This document shows positions 11,138 to 22,584 of a DNA stretch of 64,000 bases, one piece after another (within the stretch, counting starts at the first letter, position 1; every line of letters begins with the position of its first letter). The DNA is from Octopus sinensis (lineage: Eukaryota). The position numbers were made by a program, and so were the translations under genes. The notes beneath the pieces were generated by a model. That model worked only from the letters and a program-made list of their open reading frames with translations. It had not been told where the DNA came from and did no database searches. The stretch is from the NCBI RefSeq assembly GCF_006345805.1, contig NC_043017.1:21018001-21082000 (forward strand), given 5' to 3'.

Positions 11138-11220
11138 TATTGTATACAGTGCTCAGGTACACCACAACTTGTCAGAAAGTGCGTATAAAGTATATGCAGT
11201 AATGTACAAATGTCTGGAAA
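11138..11220 (-). mobile_element. CR1-like 3' tail fragment
   Basis: Reverse GTTGTGGTGTACCTGAGCACTGTATACAAT matches the tail at ~16597-16625. Confidence 0.65.
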
Positions 11221-11654
11221 GCGACATATATTCTTTACTCTGAATTTCACTATAAATATGGAATAAATATTTTTTCTGAATATGGTTAATTTAAACGTTC
11301 TCTGCGTCAAATATAACTGCCATAAAAATGCTTCCATTTCTCCCTGAAAAAAAAAAAAAAGTAAAATGGAAATATTGAACCCAATTGCAAATTTTTCTCT
11401 AAGTTGCCTCCCTTGAATTTACGAAAAGTTATTTCCCCTGAATTCAAAACTACGTTTTGATATCGCTATTTTTTTTTTTTGTCATTCCCCATTACTTTAT
11501 ATCGATCATATCTGCTCCTCCTCGCCCACCTTATCATTTCACGTCCGTTTTTCTATGCTGAGACGGGTTGGACGATTTAACTGGATTCTACTAGCAGCAA
11601 GAATGAATGGGGCTCCAGTGTTAATTCTATGTCTGGATGCCCTTTCTAAAATGG

Positions 11655-12121
11655 TAAAGACCCCCTTTGGACATGAATGACCATGGAATTGCACGTAGAA
11701 AGTTACCCTCTGAGGCACAAGTCTGGGTAAGGTTGTTTATGGAAGACCAGCGGTCAGCCATGCATACCAGCGGCCCTTCTCCACGCCATTATATGTACAT
11801 AAGGCAAAGGGTAAAGACCTCTTTGGCCAAGAATGACCATGGGATTGCACCAAGAAAGTTACCGTCTGAGGTACAAGTCCAGGCAAGGTTGTTTGTGGGA
11901 GACAAGCAGTCGTCCATGCATACCAGCGGCCCCGTCTCCATGCTATTGATATTATCCAAGAGAAAAGCAAAGGCTGATACAGCTTGGCACTAGTGACGTC
12001 TCAACTCATTTCTACACCTGAATGAAATAAAGTGTCTTGCTCAAGAACACAACACACAGCCCAATCCAGGAATCAAAACTCATTGCCTCATGATTGTGAG
12101 TCTGATGCTGTAACAACTGAG

Positions 12122-12123
<2 letters not shown>
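11655..12123 (-). mobile_element. CORE-type SINE family C with tandemly duplicated 3' segment
   Basis: Head TAGCTCAGTTG..., CORE-like GTGTTCTTGAGCAAGACACTTTATTTCA; GAATGACCATGG.ATTGCAC segment present twice (11675, 11831). Confidence 0.8.
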
Positions 12124-12160
<37 letters not shown>

Positions 12161-12168
<8 letters not shown>

Positions 12169-12575
12169 AGTGTAGGAAGAAATGGAGCTGAACGAAGATT
12201 TACAAAATTCCTTTTTATTATTTTCTACATATGTTTCAAATGCTGCAAAGTCCCTAATCGGATTGAATAAGGAGAGCATTTTGCAGCCTTCTCTTCAGGA
12301 AAATCCCGGCTTTCACCCAGCCTGGCGTCAACGCATATTGAGAGACAGTTTTGTGCCATTTATCCCATGGGCTCCTCGCGAGCGTTTGTCGAAAAGTTTG
12401 ATGTGCATTTTGTTGGAGAATTAAGTTCATGGATTTTCCTGAAGAGTAGGCTGCAAAATGGTCTCCTTATTCATCCGAATAGGGACTTTGCAGCCTTGAA
12501 ACATAGTAGAAAATAATAAAAAGGAATTTTGTTAAATCTTCGTTCAGCTCCATTTCTTCCTACACTAAATATATA
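12161..12575. mobile_element. Fold-back element / long-TIR MITE (~145 bp arms, 124 nt spacer)
   Basis: 12161-12306 is the reverse complement of 12431-12575 with few mismatches; flanked by TA. Confidence 0.88.
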
Positions 12576-12905
12576 AACTTCAAATTTCCGCAACTAAGGC
12601 ACGGGTTTGAGACCCCATGGTCGTAACCTCAACCATGATTTTTTCTGTTGTGATTTTTGCTACCCAGGTATTGATTATCTTTTGAATAATCCGTAACAAG
12701 ATAATTCATTTATCCATTTCAATATATATATATTATATTATATTATATATATATTTCAAGGGTGAATGAATTATCCTATGTTTACCGTTAATATGGAAAA
12801 TTCAATGAACCGTTACCAGGGTAGCAAATTCACGTCAAGAACATGGTTGAAGCGACCTATCCAAAGTAGAAACTCCGGGTTCATGTGCAGAAATTTGTGT
12901 GTCAT

Positions 12906-12995
12906 AATGAATAAATAAATAAATGAATGGAGTTGAACGAAGATGTTAATAAAATTCTTTTAACATCTTCGTTCAACTCCATTTATTTATTTATT

Positions 12996-12999
<4 letters not shown>
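12906..12999. repeat. Short perfect hairpin related to the 12161 element termini
   Basis: AATGGAGTTGAACGAAGATGTTAA, 10-nt loop, TTAACATCTTCGTTCAACTCCATT; (ATAA)n extends the stem. Confidence 0.9.
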
Positions 13000-13029
<30 letters not shown>

Positions 13030-13032
<3 letters not shown>

Positions 13033-13375
13033 GGGTAAAGACCCTCTTCGGTCAAGAATGACCATCTGTTTGCTCCTAGAAAGTTCTTCTCCGAGGCACA
13101 AGTCTGGGCAAGATTATTCATGGAAGACCAGCAGTTGTCCATGCATACCAGCCACCTCTCTCCATGCCACTGATGTTATCCAAAGGAATGGCAAAGGGGC
13201 CAATACAGCTTGGTACCAATGACATCGCAACTCATTTCTACAGATGAGTGAACTGGAGCAATGTGAAATAAAGTGCCTTGCTCAAGAACAAAACACACAG
13301 CCCAGTCCGGGAATCAAACTCACTGCCTCATGATTGTTAGCTCAATGCTCTAACCACTGATCCAGGCACCTTCAT
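13030..13375 (-). mobile_element. SINE family C
   Basis: Colinear with 11805-12123 and 34812-35130. Confidence 0.85.
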
Positions 13376-13849
13376 GCCCTTCCTAACACCTAATGAATTA
13401 TGTACTGCAGTCAATCTGAAGTACATATCTGCCTGGTTGGTTATAACGCGATTCTCTGTCCTCATATTTCAGAAACTACAACATCTATGAAGTCTGAAGG
13501 TCTTTTATAAATCTTTCTGATTTGGTGGGACAAAAACATTTTAAGGGAATGGGGGTTAGCCAATACCTTTAGAATGGTCATGACTGGATTGTCTTTGATC
13601 AGAGGTCTGCTTTATCAGTGCTGACCTGGGTCTAAACAACTCGATAAACTGCACTCAATAAGGGAGCATGTGTATAGACTTGCTAGAAATAGCAGCCAAA
13701 TTGCATCAATGTACACATGACCATCATAAAAATGGATACTTTGGGGAAAGTGGTCATCTGGGTTCCATTGTACACGGAGAAAATATATGGGGATGGTCAC
13801 ACATGGAAGATTTTGACTGTGGATCAAAGGAGAGCCAACAGCACTATTA

Positions 13850-14400
13850 TTATTATGATTAATGACCATCATCATCATCATCATCATCATTATCATCAGT
13901 TTTATAATTATTTCCACTTCCATCACCATCACTGCTCTCATTATTATGTCCATATACTATGATCATCACCACCATCACAAACACCACCACCACAAACACC
14001 ACCACCATAACCACTACCACCATCATTACCACCACCACCACCACCACCAGTATCATTATATTCCTACCATCACCATAACACCACCACCATAACAGCTGTA
14101 CCATCATGGCCACCACCAACATTACCATTCTCACTATTACAAACACACCAAGACAACTCCAACCTTACTACAACCAAACACCACCACCACCACTACTACT
14201 ACAGCTGCTACTACTACTACTATGACAATGATTACTACCAATACCACCAGCATTGTCATCACCATCATCATCGCTAGTCTCAACTATTACTTCATTTACA
14301 ACACACCACAAACCACCACCACCACCAACAACAACACTGTCACCCCACCGCCACCATCTTCCCACACCCCCACTACCCTGGCATCATCTCTCTCTTCCTC
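13850..14400. repeat. (CAT)n/(CAC)n trinucleotide low-complexity field
   Basis: Directly visible. Confidence 0.95.
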
Positions 14401-14559
14401 TTTCTGTCACTGCCAAACATTTTAGAAACTATTTCTTTTTTTTCTTCTGCAATAATTTTCTGCTGATAATTCCTGTAGATTTTAGACATTTGTTGAATCT
14501 ATACGAAGTAATTATTTCACAGGTGGATGTCCTTTTCCAATTAGATGCCGCTATGACTG

Positions 14560-14777
14560 TATACATACATACAAACATACATACGCACCTATATACATAT
14601 ATATATATATAGATATGCATACATATACATATATATATGCATACATATATGCATACATATGCATACATATATACATGCATACATATATATATATACATAT
14701 ACATATATATATACATATACATACATATACATATATATACATATGCATACATATACATATGCATTCATATATATATG

Positions 14778-14817
<40 letters not shown>

Positions 14818-15065
14818 TAAATATATACATATATATATACATATATATATATATACATATACATATATATATATACAATATACATACATATACATATATA
14901 TATATATATATATGCACACACAAACATATGTATGCATATATACACACATGTATACCTATATACATACATTTATCTACACATATACATACATTTGTTCATA
15001 TGCATACACACACATGTGTGTGTGTGTACATACATATACATACGTACATATACACATATATATAC

Positions 15066-15103
<38 letters not shown>

Positions 15104-15130
15104 CATATACACATACATATATACAAATAT
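14560..15130. repeat. (TA)n/(TACA)n field
   Basis: Directly visible. Confidence 0.97.
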
Positions 15131-15430
15131 GTGTGTGCATGAGTGTGTGGTGGTGGTGATGTGATACGGTGGTGGATGTGATAGTATAGCTGTTATGACG
15201 ATGGTGGTGGTGGTGATGATGGTGGTGTTATGGTGGTGAGATGAGAATGGTAGGAGTATATGTGTACATATATAGATACACACTCCAGTATGCAACTGGT
15301 ACTTAATTTATCAAGGTGGTGAGCTGGTAGAAATGTTAACACACCGGGCGAAATACCGCTAGCGTTTCTGCCAGCTCACTGCCTTGTATAACTTTGTCAT
15401 TATTAATTTAATTTAATTTAAGGAACCCAA

Positions 15431-15805
15431 TCTGGCAGAATCGTTAGCATGCTGGGCGAAATGCTTAGCGGTATTTCATCTGCCGCTATGTTCTGAGTTC
15501 AAATTCCGCTGAGGTCAACTTTACCTTTCATCCTTTCGGGGTCGATTAAATAAGTACCAGTTACGCACTGGAGTCGATATAATCAACTTAATCCCTTTGT
15601 CCTTGTTTGTCCACTCTGTGTGTAGCCCCTTGTGGACAGTAATGAAATAAGAATCGTTAGTGCATTCAAATTCTGTCGAGGTGGACTTTGCCTTTCATCC
15701 TTTCAGGGTTGATAAAGTAAGTACCAGTTGAATACTGGGGTCAATGTTATCAACTCATCCCCTCCCCCAAGTTGTCTGCCCTTGTGGAAAAATTTGAAAC
15801 TATTA
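15431..15805 (+). mobile_element. Two tandem family B SINEs
   Basis: Heads near 15431 and 15652, each with GAC/AACTTT.CCTTTCATCCTTTC.GGG. Confidence 0.85.
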
Positions 15806-15872
15806 TTAATTTAGCATTGAGAAAATAAATTAAGATTAAATTTTAATGGTGTTTGATTTGGTTTAGATCATT

Positions 15873-16140
15873 TTAACCCTTTCATTTATTTCTGCTAAAA
15901 AAAATACACTGCTTTTGCTTCAATTAATATTTTGAAAATAATGAAGCATTTAGTAAAATAATTTTGTCATTATTAATTTGGAGCTGGGGAATATAAATTA
16001 ACGAGAAATTTCGTTATGAGTTTGTTTTTTTTTAATTTAGAACACTTTACACGTTTGTCACCACATTTTTGTTAAAAAATAAACCACCTTTGTTTTAATT
16101 AATATTTTAAAAATAACGAAGAATTTAGTGGAATAAACTT
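15873..16140 (+). mobile_element. Decayed piggyBac-type MITE remnants
   Basis: TTAACCCTT start and an AT-rich body resembling 27914-28135 in reverse (GAA..ATTTAGTAAAATAA.TT..TCATTATTAA). Confidence 0.45.
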
Positions 16141-16279
16141 ATTATAATATCACCTTAAATCAGGAAGTTTGTATCATAGAAGAAGGGGTGGTTTTGAGAC
16201 GGGATGTAAGAAGCGATCAATTTGGCTTCTGATTTGGGTGATCAAAACCTAGAGAATGCCACTGGCCACTGGTTTGAAT

Positions 16280-16650
16280 GATGTAAAGACTGAAGCTCCG
16301 GCGTCTGGCGATGGACTTGGTAAACACCCACAAAGTTATCAACCACCTCACCAACAACAACACTGAACACCTTTTTGATCTCCATGTGTCTAACACACGT
16401 GGACATGCCTACAAAGTCAGAAAACAACACAGCTCCCATGACTTTCGGAAACATTTTTTCACGCTCAGAGTTGCTGAAGCATGGAATAAACTGCCTGCGT
16501 CAGTTGTTGACTGCCATGACACTGCATCCTTTAATGCCCTCATGCTTTCCGAAATCCGCCGAAACTACACCTGATTATATATACACTTTAGATGAGTTGT
16601 AGTGCACCTGAGCACTGTACACAATGTTTATTATTATTATTATTATTATA
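16280..16650 (+). mobile_element. CR1-clade LINE 3' end
   Basis: LKLRRLAMDLVNTHK...NTRGHAYKVRKQHSSHDFRKHFFTLRVAEAWNKLPASVV...RNYT* (TRGH / FF..RV...WN.LP motifs), then a short UTR and (ATT)n tail. Confidence 0.9.
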
Positions 16651-17399
16651 CACCTTTAATTCTCAATCTGCTGTGTCATTCTGACCTGAGACTAAACAAC
16701 AACAATATCATTAATCAACATTGAATTATGAAGACAATTTTCTCAATTCCTTTGTAGAACCAAATTTAAAGATACAGAAAAAAAACAACTAAAAACCACT
16801 ATTTCTATAGATCAATATGGTTGTTATATTTGTTCCATTTGTTACATCTTGAGATGAAATCTGTTTGCTCAAATGTACAAGTTTATTGGAGATAAATTCT
16901 CTTGGTACGACTAACTGGGTTTTAATTCAAACTTTACCGATTTCTTATTCCCTCTTGAAGCTTCCTTTCTTTGGTTTTGGTTTGAAATTCCTGCAGCATG
17001 TGCACAAAATAACTACTGTGTATGTTTGTGCATATCATTGCGTGTTAGTATGCGTCTGTGTGTGTGTTCGCATGCATGTATATACGTGTGTTAGTATGTG
17101 TCAGTGTGTGTGTATGTGTCTATGTAACTATGTGTGGGTTTGCACACATCTCTGTGTGTGTGTGTATAAAAGCCAAGACAAAGGAATATTATTCCAATAG
17201 ATATTTCCCGATAAATGTTAGCCTCGAGGCTTTGAGACATGTTTGCCGATAGAATTTCAATGTAAACCTAATCTATTGTATTTTAGAACCAACACTGCCC
17301 CTCCCCCACTACCACCACCTCCAACCACCTCACCCCCACCCTACCCTACCCTAGCCCACCTGGCCATCTAGTGACCTTAAACATCATCGATTTGTAATA

Positions 17400-17760
17400 T
17401 GGGAATTGTCATCATCAGCATCATAATCATTATCTTTCTCATTACCATCGTTGCTCTTGTCATCAATATCATTATCATTGTCAGTGTCGTCGTCATCATA
17501 GGCATTATTGCCAACATTACCACCACCATCACCATCATCATCATCATCGTCGTCACTGTTATCATCATCATCATCACTGTCATCATCATCATCATCATCA
17601 CCACTGTCATCATTATCATCACCACTGTCATCATCATCATTGTCATCACCATTGTCGTCACTGTCATCATCATCATCATCATCGTCATCGTCATCATCAT
17701 CATCATCACCACCACCACCGTCATTGTCGTCGACATCATCATCATCACCATCATTTTACG
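17400..17760. repeat. (CAT)n trinucleotide field
   Basis: Directly visible. Confidence 0.95.
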
Positions 17761-18159
17761 GTTGCTATGCATACCCGTGCTGGCATTGGCTGCAGTTTCC
17801 TGCCCTTCCCATTGTTAACCCATCTGTTCACCTCTTACGAAATTCAAGGACACGGTGCACCTTTTCCAAAAGAGGCATACACCTAATAACATGCAGTGTG
17901 CGAAGAAGGCATTGAATTTGGGTAAAGAAAATTGCCAATTATATCTGCCCTGGCACCAAACAAATGTCATTGTCATCATTGTCCTCATTGCTATTGTTGT
18001 TATCATCATCAATACCATCTTCCATTCTCCTCGTCACCATCCCCCATAATATATCAATTACAATTTGTACACGCAATGGGTATGAAGCAGGAGATGCCAA
18101 CATAATCTGTTCCATTATCTATGTCCTAAATCCATCAGGAATCACAACAACAACAACAA

Positions 18160-18482
18160 TTTCATTTATTTGCCACAAGGGCAAAGAATGAGGGAGACAA
18201 TACAAAGACAGACATAAAGCAGGTGGCGGGGTTACCTATAATGAAGCAATAAAAAAAAAAGAAAGATAGAAAGTGTACACGGTATACACTGTAAAAGAAG
18301 GGACATGAGCATAGCATAGTAAAGTTTAGGAAAAAAAAGAATGGTGGGGAGGATGATAGAGATGTGGCCCTCCTGATGCAGGAAGGTCTCGGGGGACAAT
18401 CGAGGAACCTCTCTGTGTGAGATTTCCCTGAAACCCCAGGAACAAGTGCTCTCTCCAATCCCTTTTCTTTGACTCACAGGCC
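18160..18482 (-). mobile_element. Possible decayed L1/Tx1-like 3' end
   Basis: Minus strand has RLERALVP-like codons, a pyrimidine-rich UTR and a (TTG)n tail; weak similarity only. Confidence 0.3.
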
Positions 18483-18564
18483 TAATAATAATAATAATAA
18501 TAATGATTTCATTTGCCACACGAGGCGAAGGAGGAAGCAACAACAACAACAATAATAATGATAA

Positions 18565-18742
18565 TAGCCGAGGGAGAATATGAGAGATGTCATGACAATA
18601 TGGCAAGGATTGTCCATTGCACACTTTTGCAACAAGTATGGACTTGACAGAGCAAAAGGGTGGTATGAACATAAACCCGACGTCATCATTGAAAATGTTA
18701 ATGGAAAGGTCTTATGGGATTTTATGATTCAGTGCGACCATA
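18565..18742 (+). mobile_element. R4/Dong-like RLE fragment truncated by a SINE
   Basis: EGEYERCHDNMARIVH..CNKYGLDRAKGWYEHKPDVIIENVNGKVLWDFMIQCDH; preceded by (CAA)n(AAT)n. Confidence 0.85.
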
Positions 18743-19150
18743 GGCGCAGAAGTGGCTGTGTGGTAAGTAGCTTGCTTACCAACCACATGGTTCTGGGTTC
18801 AGTCCCACTGCATGGCACCTTGGGCAAGTGTCTTCTACTATAGCCTCAGGCCGACCAAAGCCTTGTGAGTGAATTTGGTAGACGGAAACTGAAAGAAGCC
18901 CGTCGTATATATGTATATATATGTATATGTGTGTGTGCGTGTATGTTTGTATTTGTCCCATCCAACATTGCTTGACAACCAATGCTGGTGTGTTTGTGTC
19001 CTCGTCACTTAGCGGTTCAGCAAAAAGAGACCGATAGAATAAGTACTGGGCTTACAAAGAATAAGTCCCGGGATCGATTTGGTCGACTAAAGGTGGTGCT
19101 CCAGCATGGCCACAGTCAAATGACTGAAACAAGTAAAAGAGAGTAAAAAG
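18741..19150 (+). mobile_element. Full-length SINE family A
   Basis: Head to AGTAAAAGAG tail. Confidence 0.9.
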
Positions 19151-19849
19151 AGAGTATAAGCAGACAGAGACCATCCTCTTGGTCATCAGACCCCATGACC
19201 CAGTGGGACATGAAGGATGTGACAACTGGAGGGAAGGAGATGACAGCACCAGTACTCAGTAGATACTCATTTTCTGCCATGCTGAGTGGAACAATGTGAA
19301 ATGAAATGCCTTGCTCAAGGAAACAACACAACATCCCATCCAGGAATCGAACTCACAACCTCATGAAATGTTTACCCAACACCCCAACCACTCAGCCACA
19401 CAAAGACACATAAAGCCATACAAGATGTTTTGTTTCAGGCGTGGTGAATGGTTCTTTTGTGACTGAGAGATAATTACTATTAAATACTTCTACATCTTAA
19501 ATATCTTACTAACAGATGCTCCGTGGACTATAAAAAAATGGTAGGTAGGACTATAACAACCTCCAACAGTAGTGAACTAAATGGTTTCTGTTTAAAGTGT
19601 ATTTATTTGTTAAAGCATGCAACATTGTATTTACCAAATGATATAGCAGTGCTACAATGGAAAGACCAAATACATAGCACTTTCGTTGGTTGGAGGTGGG
19701 TTTTCACCAATTTTCAGATTTTTTTTTATGTATCGTCTAAAGGAAATAAGAAACGGGGAGATTAAAACAGAACAAAATAGCAATAATAATAATGATGAGG
19801 ATGAGGATGATTTTGCTACTACTAATAATAATGATAGCAACAACAGTGA

Positions 19850-19919
19850 TAATTTGAAAGACAGTAAAAATATCTTTACGATAAAAGAGGGAAACAAGAA
19901 AGCTAATAAATATTAAAAT

Positions 19920-20007
<88 letters not shown>

Positions 20008-20071
20008 TTTGAGAGACTGTATAAGTATCCTTATGATAAAAGAGAGAAAAAAGAAAGCTGATAGATACCAA

Positions 20072-20143
<72 letters not shown>

Positions 20144-20285
20144 AAGAAGAAAAAGAAGAAGAAAAAGAAGAAGAAAAAGAAGAAGAACAAGAAGAAGAAC
20201 AACAACAAGACGAAGAAGAGAGACAGTAAAAGTATTTTTTATGATAAAAGAGAAAAAAATGAGTGGAAAAATAGCTAATAAATAT
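19850..20285 (+). repeat. Three ~65 bp units separated by (AAT)n/(AAG)n tracts
   Basis: GA(A/G)AGAC.GTA.AA.TAT..TTA.GATAAAAGAG...AGCT.ATA.ATA near 19855, 20008 and 20218. Confidence 0.8.
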
Positions 20286-22046
20286 TAGTGAAAAAAAATA
20301 ATAATAACAATAATAAAAATAAAACTATTTGCAACATAAATCCATTAACGTATATTAAAAAAAAAAAATTCCTGAAGGAATCCGATACCAAATGACGGTA
20401 GGTTATAGGATTGTTATAGAAGAAAGTATCGAGATGAAGAAATCTATTTGATAGAAGAAATATGTGAAGACATGCTGTCTTTGGTAACGCTAAGTTTGGT
20501 GTAACTTCTTATCTGGTTGAAACCAGAAAAAGATGCCTTTTTTTTCACAATAAAAGCACCGAGAAGTGTTATCTTGGTTACATGTTCTAAACTTTAATGT
20601 TTTTTAAGCTTGAATACTTATGGATGGTTTATATATATATATACATACATACGTATATACATACATATATATATATATAATACACACACACACAGATATA
20701 TATATATACATATATATATATATGTGTGTATATATATGTATATATAGATAGATATATACATATATGTACATCTATGTATGTAGGCATGTATGTATATATT
20801 TATGTATGTATAAATATGTGTGGAGATGGCTCTGTGGTTAAGTACCTTGTTTTGCTACTGCCTGGTTCAGTCCCACTGCATGGCAATTTGGGCAAATGTA
20901 TTCTACTACCGCCCATGCTCAACAAATGACTTGTGAGTGAATTTGATGCGAGAAAGCTGCTAAGTATTTTGCCCGGCATGCTAACATTTCTGCCCACACA
21001 ACCAAACCTGCACCATTTTCTTTTTTTCCTTTTGGTTGGTTTTTAATAACGACAATTAATTCCATGTTAAAACTAAATGAGGATAAAAAAAACAAAAGTT
21101 TCAGGTACAGGTATTCCATTCTTATTTCATACCCATTCTCTATATCTTGGAATTCCTGCTTCATTTAAATGCAGGTTTATGTGAAAGAGTTTTGTTTAGT
21201 TTGATACGCAAGCACCTGTGTAGGTTTTTGTTAATAAATGAATAAAAGTTATAATTACAAACATTTGTAAACCTCTTCAAATTCTTTGATAACGATTTGG
21301 TAAATTAATTAAGAAAACAGGTGGCAAAATCTTGCAATGACATAAGGTCACGAAAGAGTTAAACTGAGTTATATTTAACATGCATACATACATATACTTA
21401 AGTGACACATTAACATACATATGTACATACATACATACATGTGTGTGTGCATGCATGCATGTGTGTGTGTGTGCATATACACACACACATATATATAATA
21501 TCTCTACATACAATAACTGAAATATATGTGTATATATCATAAATTGTATAGATGTATAAATATGATAGTGTGTATATACATACATACATATATATATATA
21601 TATTATATATATATATATATAAATATGTATGTATATATATATATATATATATTTATATATACATACATATATATTATATATATATACATACATTTATATA
21701 TACATATATTATATATACACATATATATGTATCTCTTATTTATAAAGGCAGATTTTATCTGCCTCCCTTTGGGAGTTATACAAATCTACAATATAGGATT
21801 TCTTCAATTACAATTTACCTGGCATTTTTAAGAGTACAATGCATCGCGTCATGCCAGGTCCAGTTTTTTAAAATTTAAACTCCAATTAAGCAAAATTTAC
21901 AGAAACTCACATTCTGGTGTGTGTGTCAAATGCTTTTCTTAGTCTGGTTTACACCACACGCAACGCACACACACACAAAGGGAGCGAATTATTTCACTGA
22001 CGCTATCACCCTTCTCCTCCTTTGTTTTGCAAGTTGGCAGCTATTA

Positions 22047-22352
22047 AGTGAAAACAGTGAATCCGACAGCGATAAAGAAAACGAATTGGTACCTGAATGG
22101 AGTGAAAATTTAAAAACTGTTTTCTTTCGGTGAGTTTTCTGAAGAAACTGGACCAAGCCACAGAATTTCCCAGAAGAGTAAAGCCTTAGACTATCTCTAT
22201 TTACTTTTTCGAATGAGCCTATTTGAAATCATTACGCTAAACGTAAACAAACCGAAAGAAAGGATAGTTTGTTATTTCCCCACCTTAAATGAAATTAAGG
22301 CCTATTTTGCCATAAATATTATTATGGGTATCAGAAGTTACCCAGAATAACA
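22047..22352 (+). pseudogene. piggyBac-like transposase N-terminal fragment (frameshifted)
   Basis: SENSESDSDKENELVPEWSENLKTVFF / GEFSEETGPSHRISQKSKALDYLYLLFRMSLFEIITLN / PTLNEIKAYFAINIIMGIR(K)LPRIT: acidic N-terminus, GP..LDY..LLF and EI.AY...I.MGI..LP motifs. Confidence 0.7.
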
Positions 22353-22584
22353 ATTTCTATCGTAAAATTTTGTTGTATACCCAATTGAATATTAGCTAAT
22401 AACCCATTTTCTATAGCGATGTTTGAACAAAATTTTAATAATTTTACAGAAAGTTACCCAGAATAACAAATCTATCGTAAAATTTTGTTGTATACCCCAT
22501 TGAATATTAGCTAATAACCCATTTTCTATAGCGATGTTTGAACAAAATTTTAATAATTTTACAGAAAGTTACCCAGAATAACAA
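22333..22584 (+). repeat. 115 bp tandem repeat, ~2.2 copies
   Basis: AGA(A)AGTTACCCAGAATAACAA at 22333, 22448 and 22563. Confidence 0.92.
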
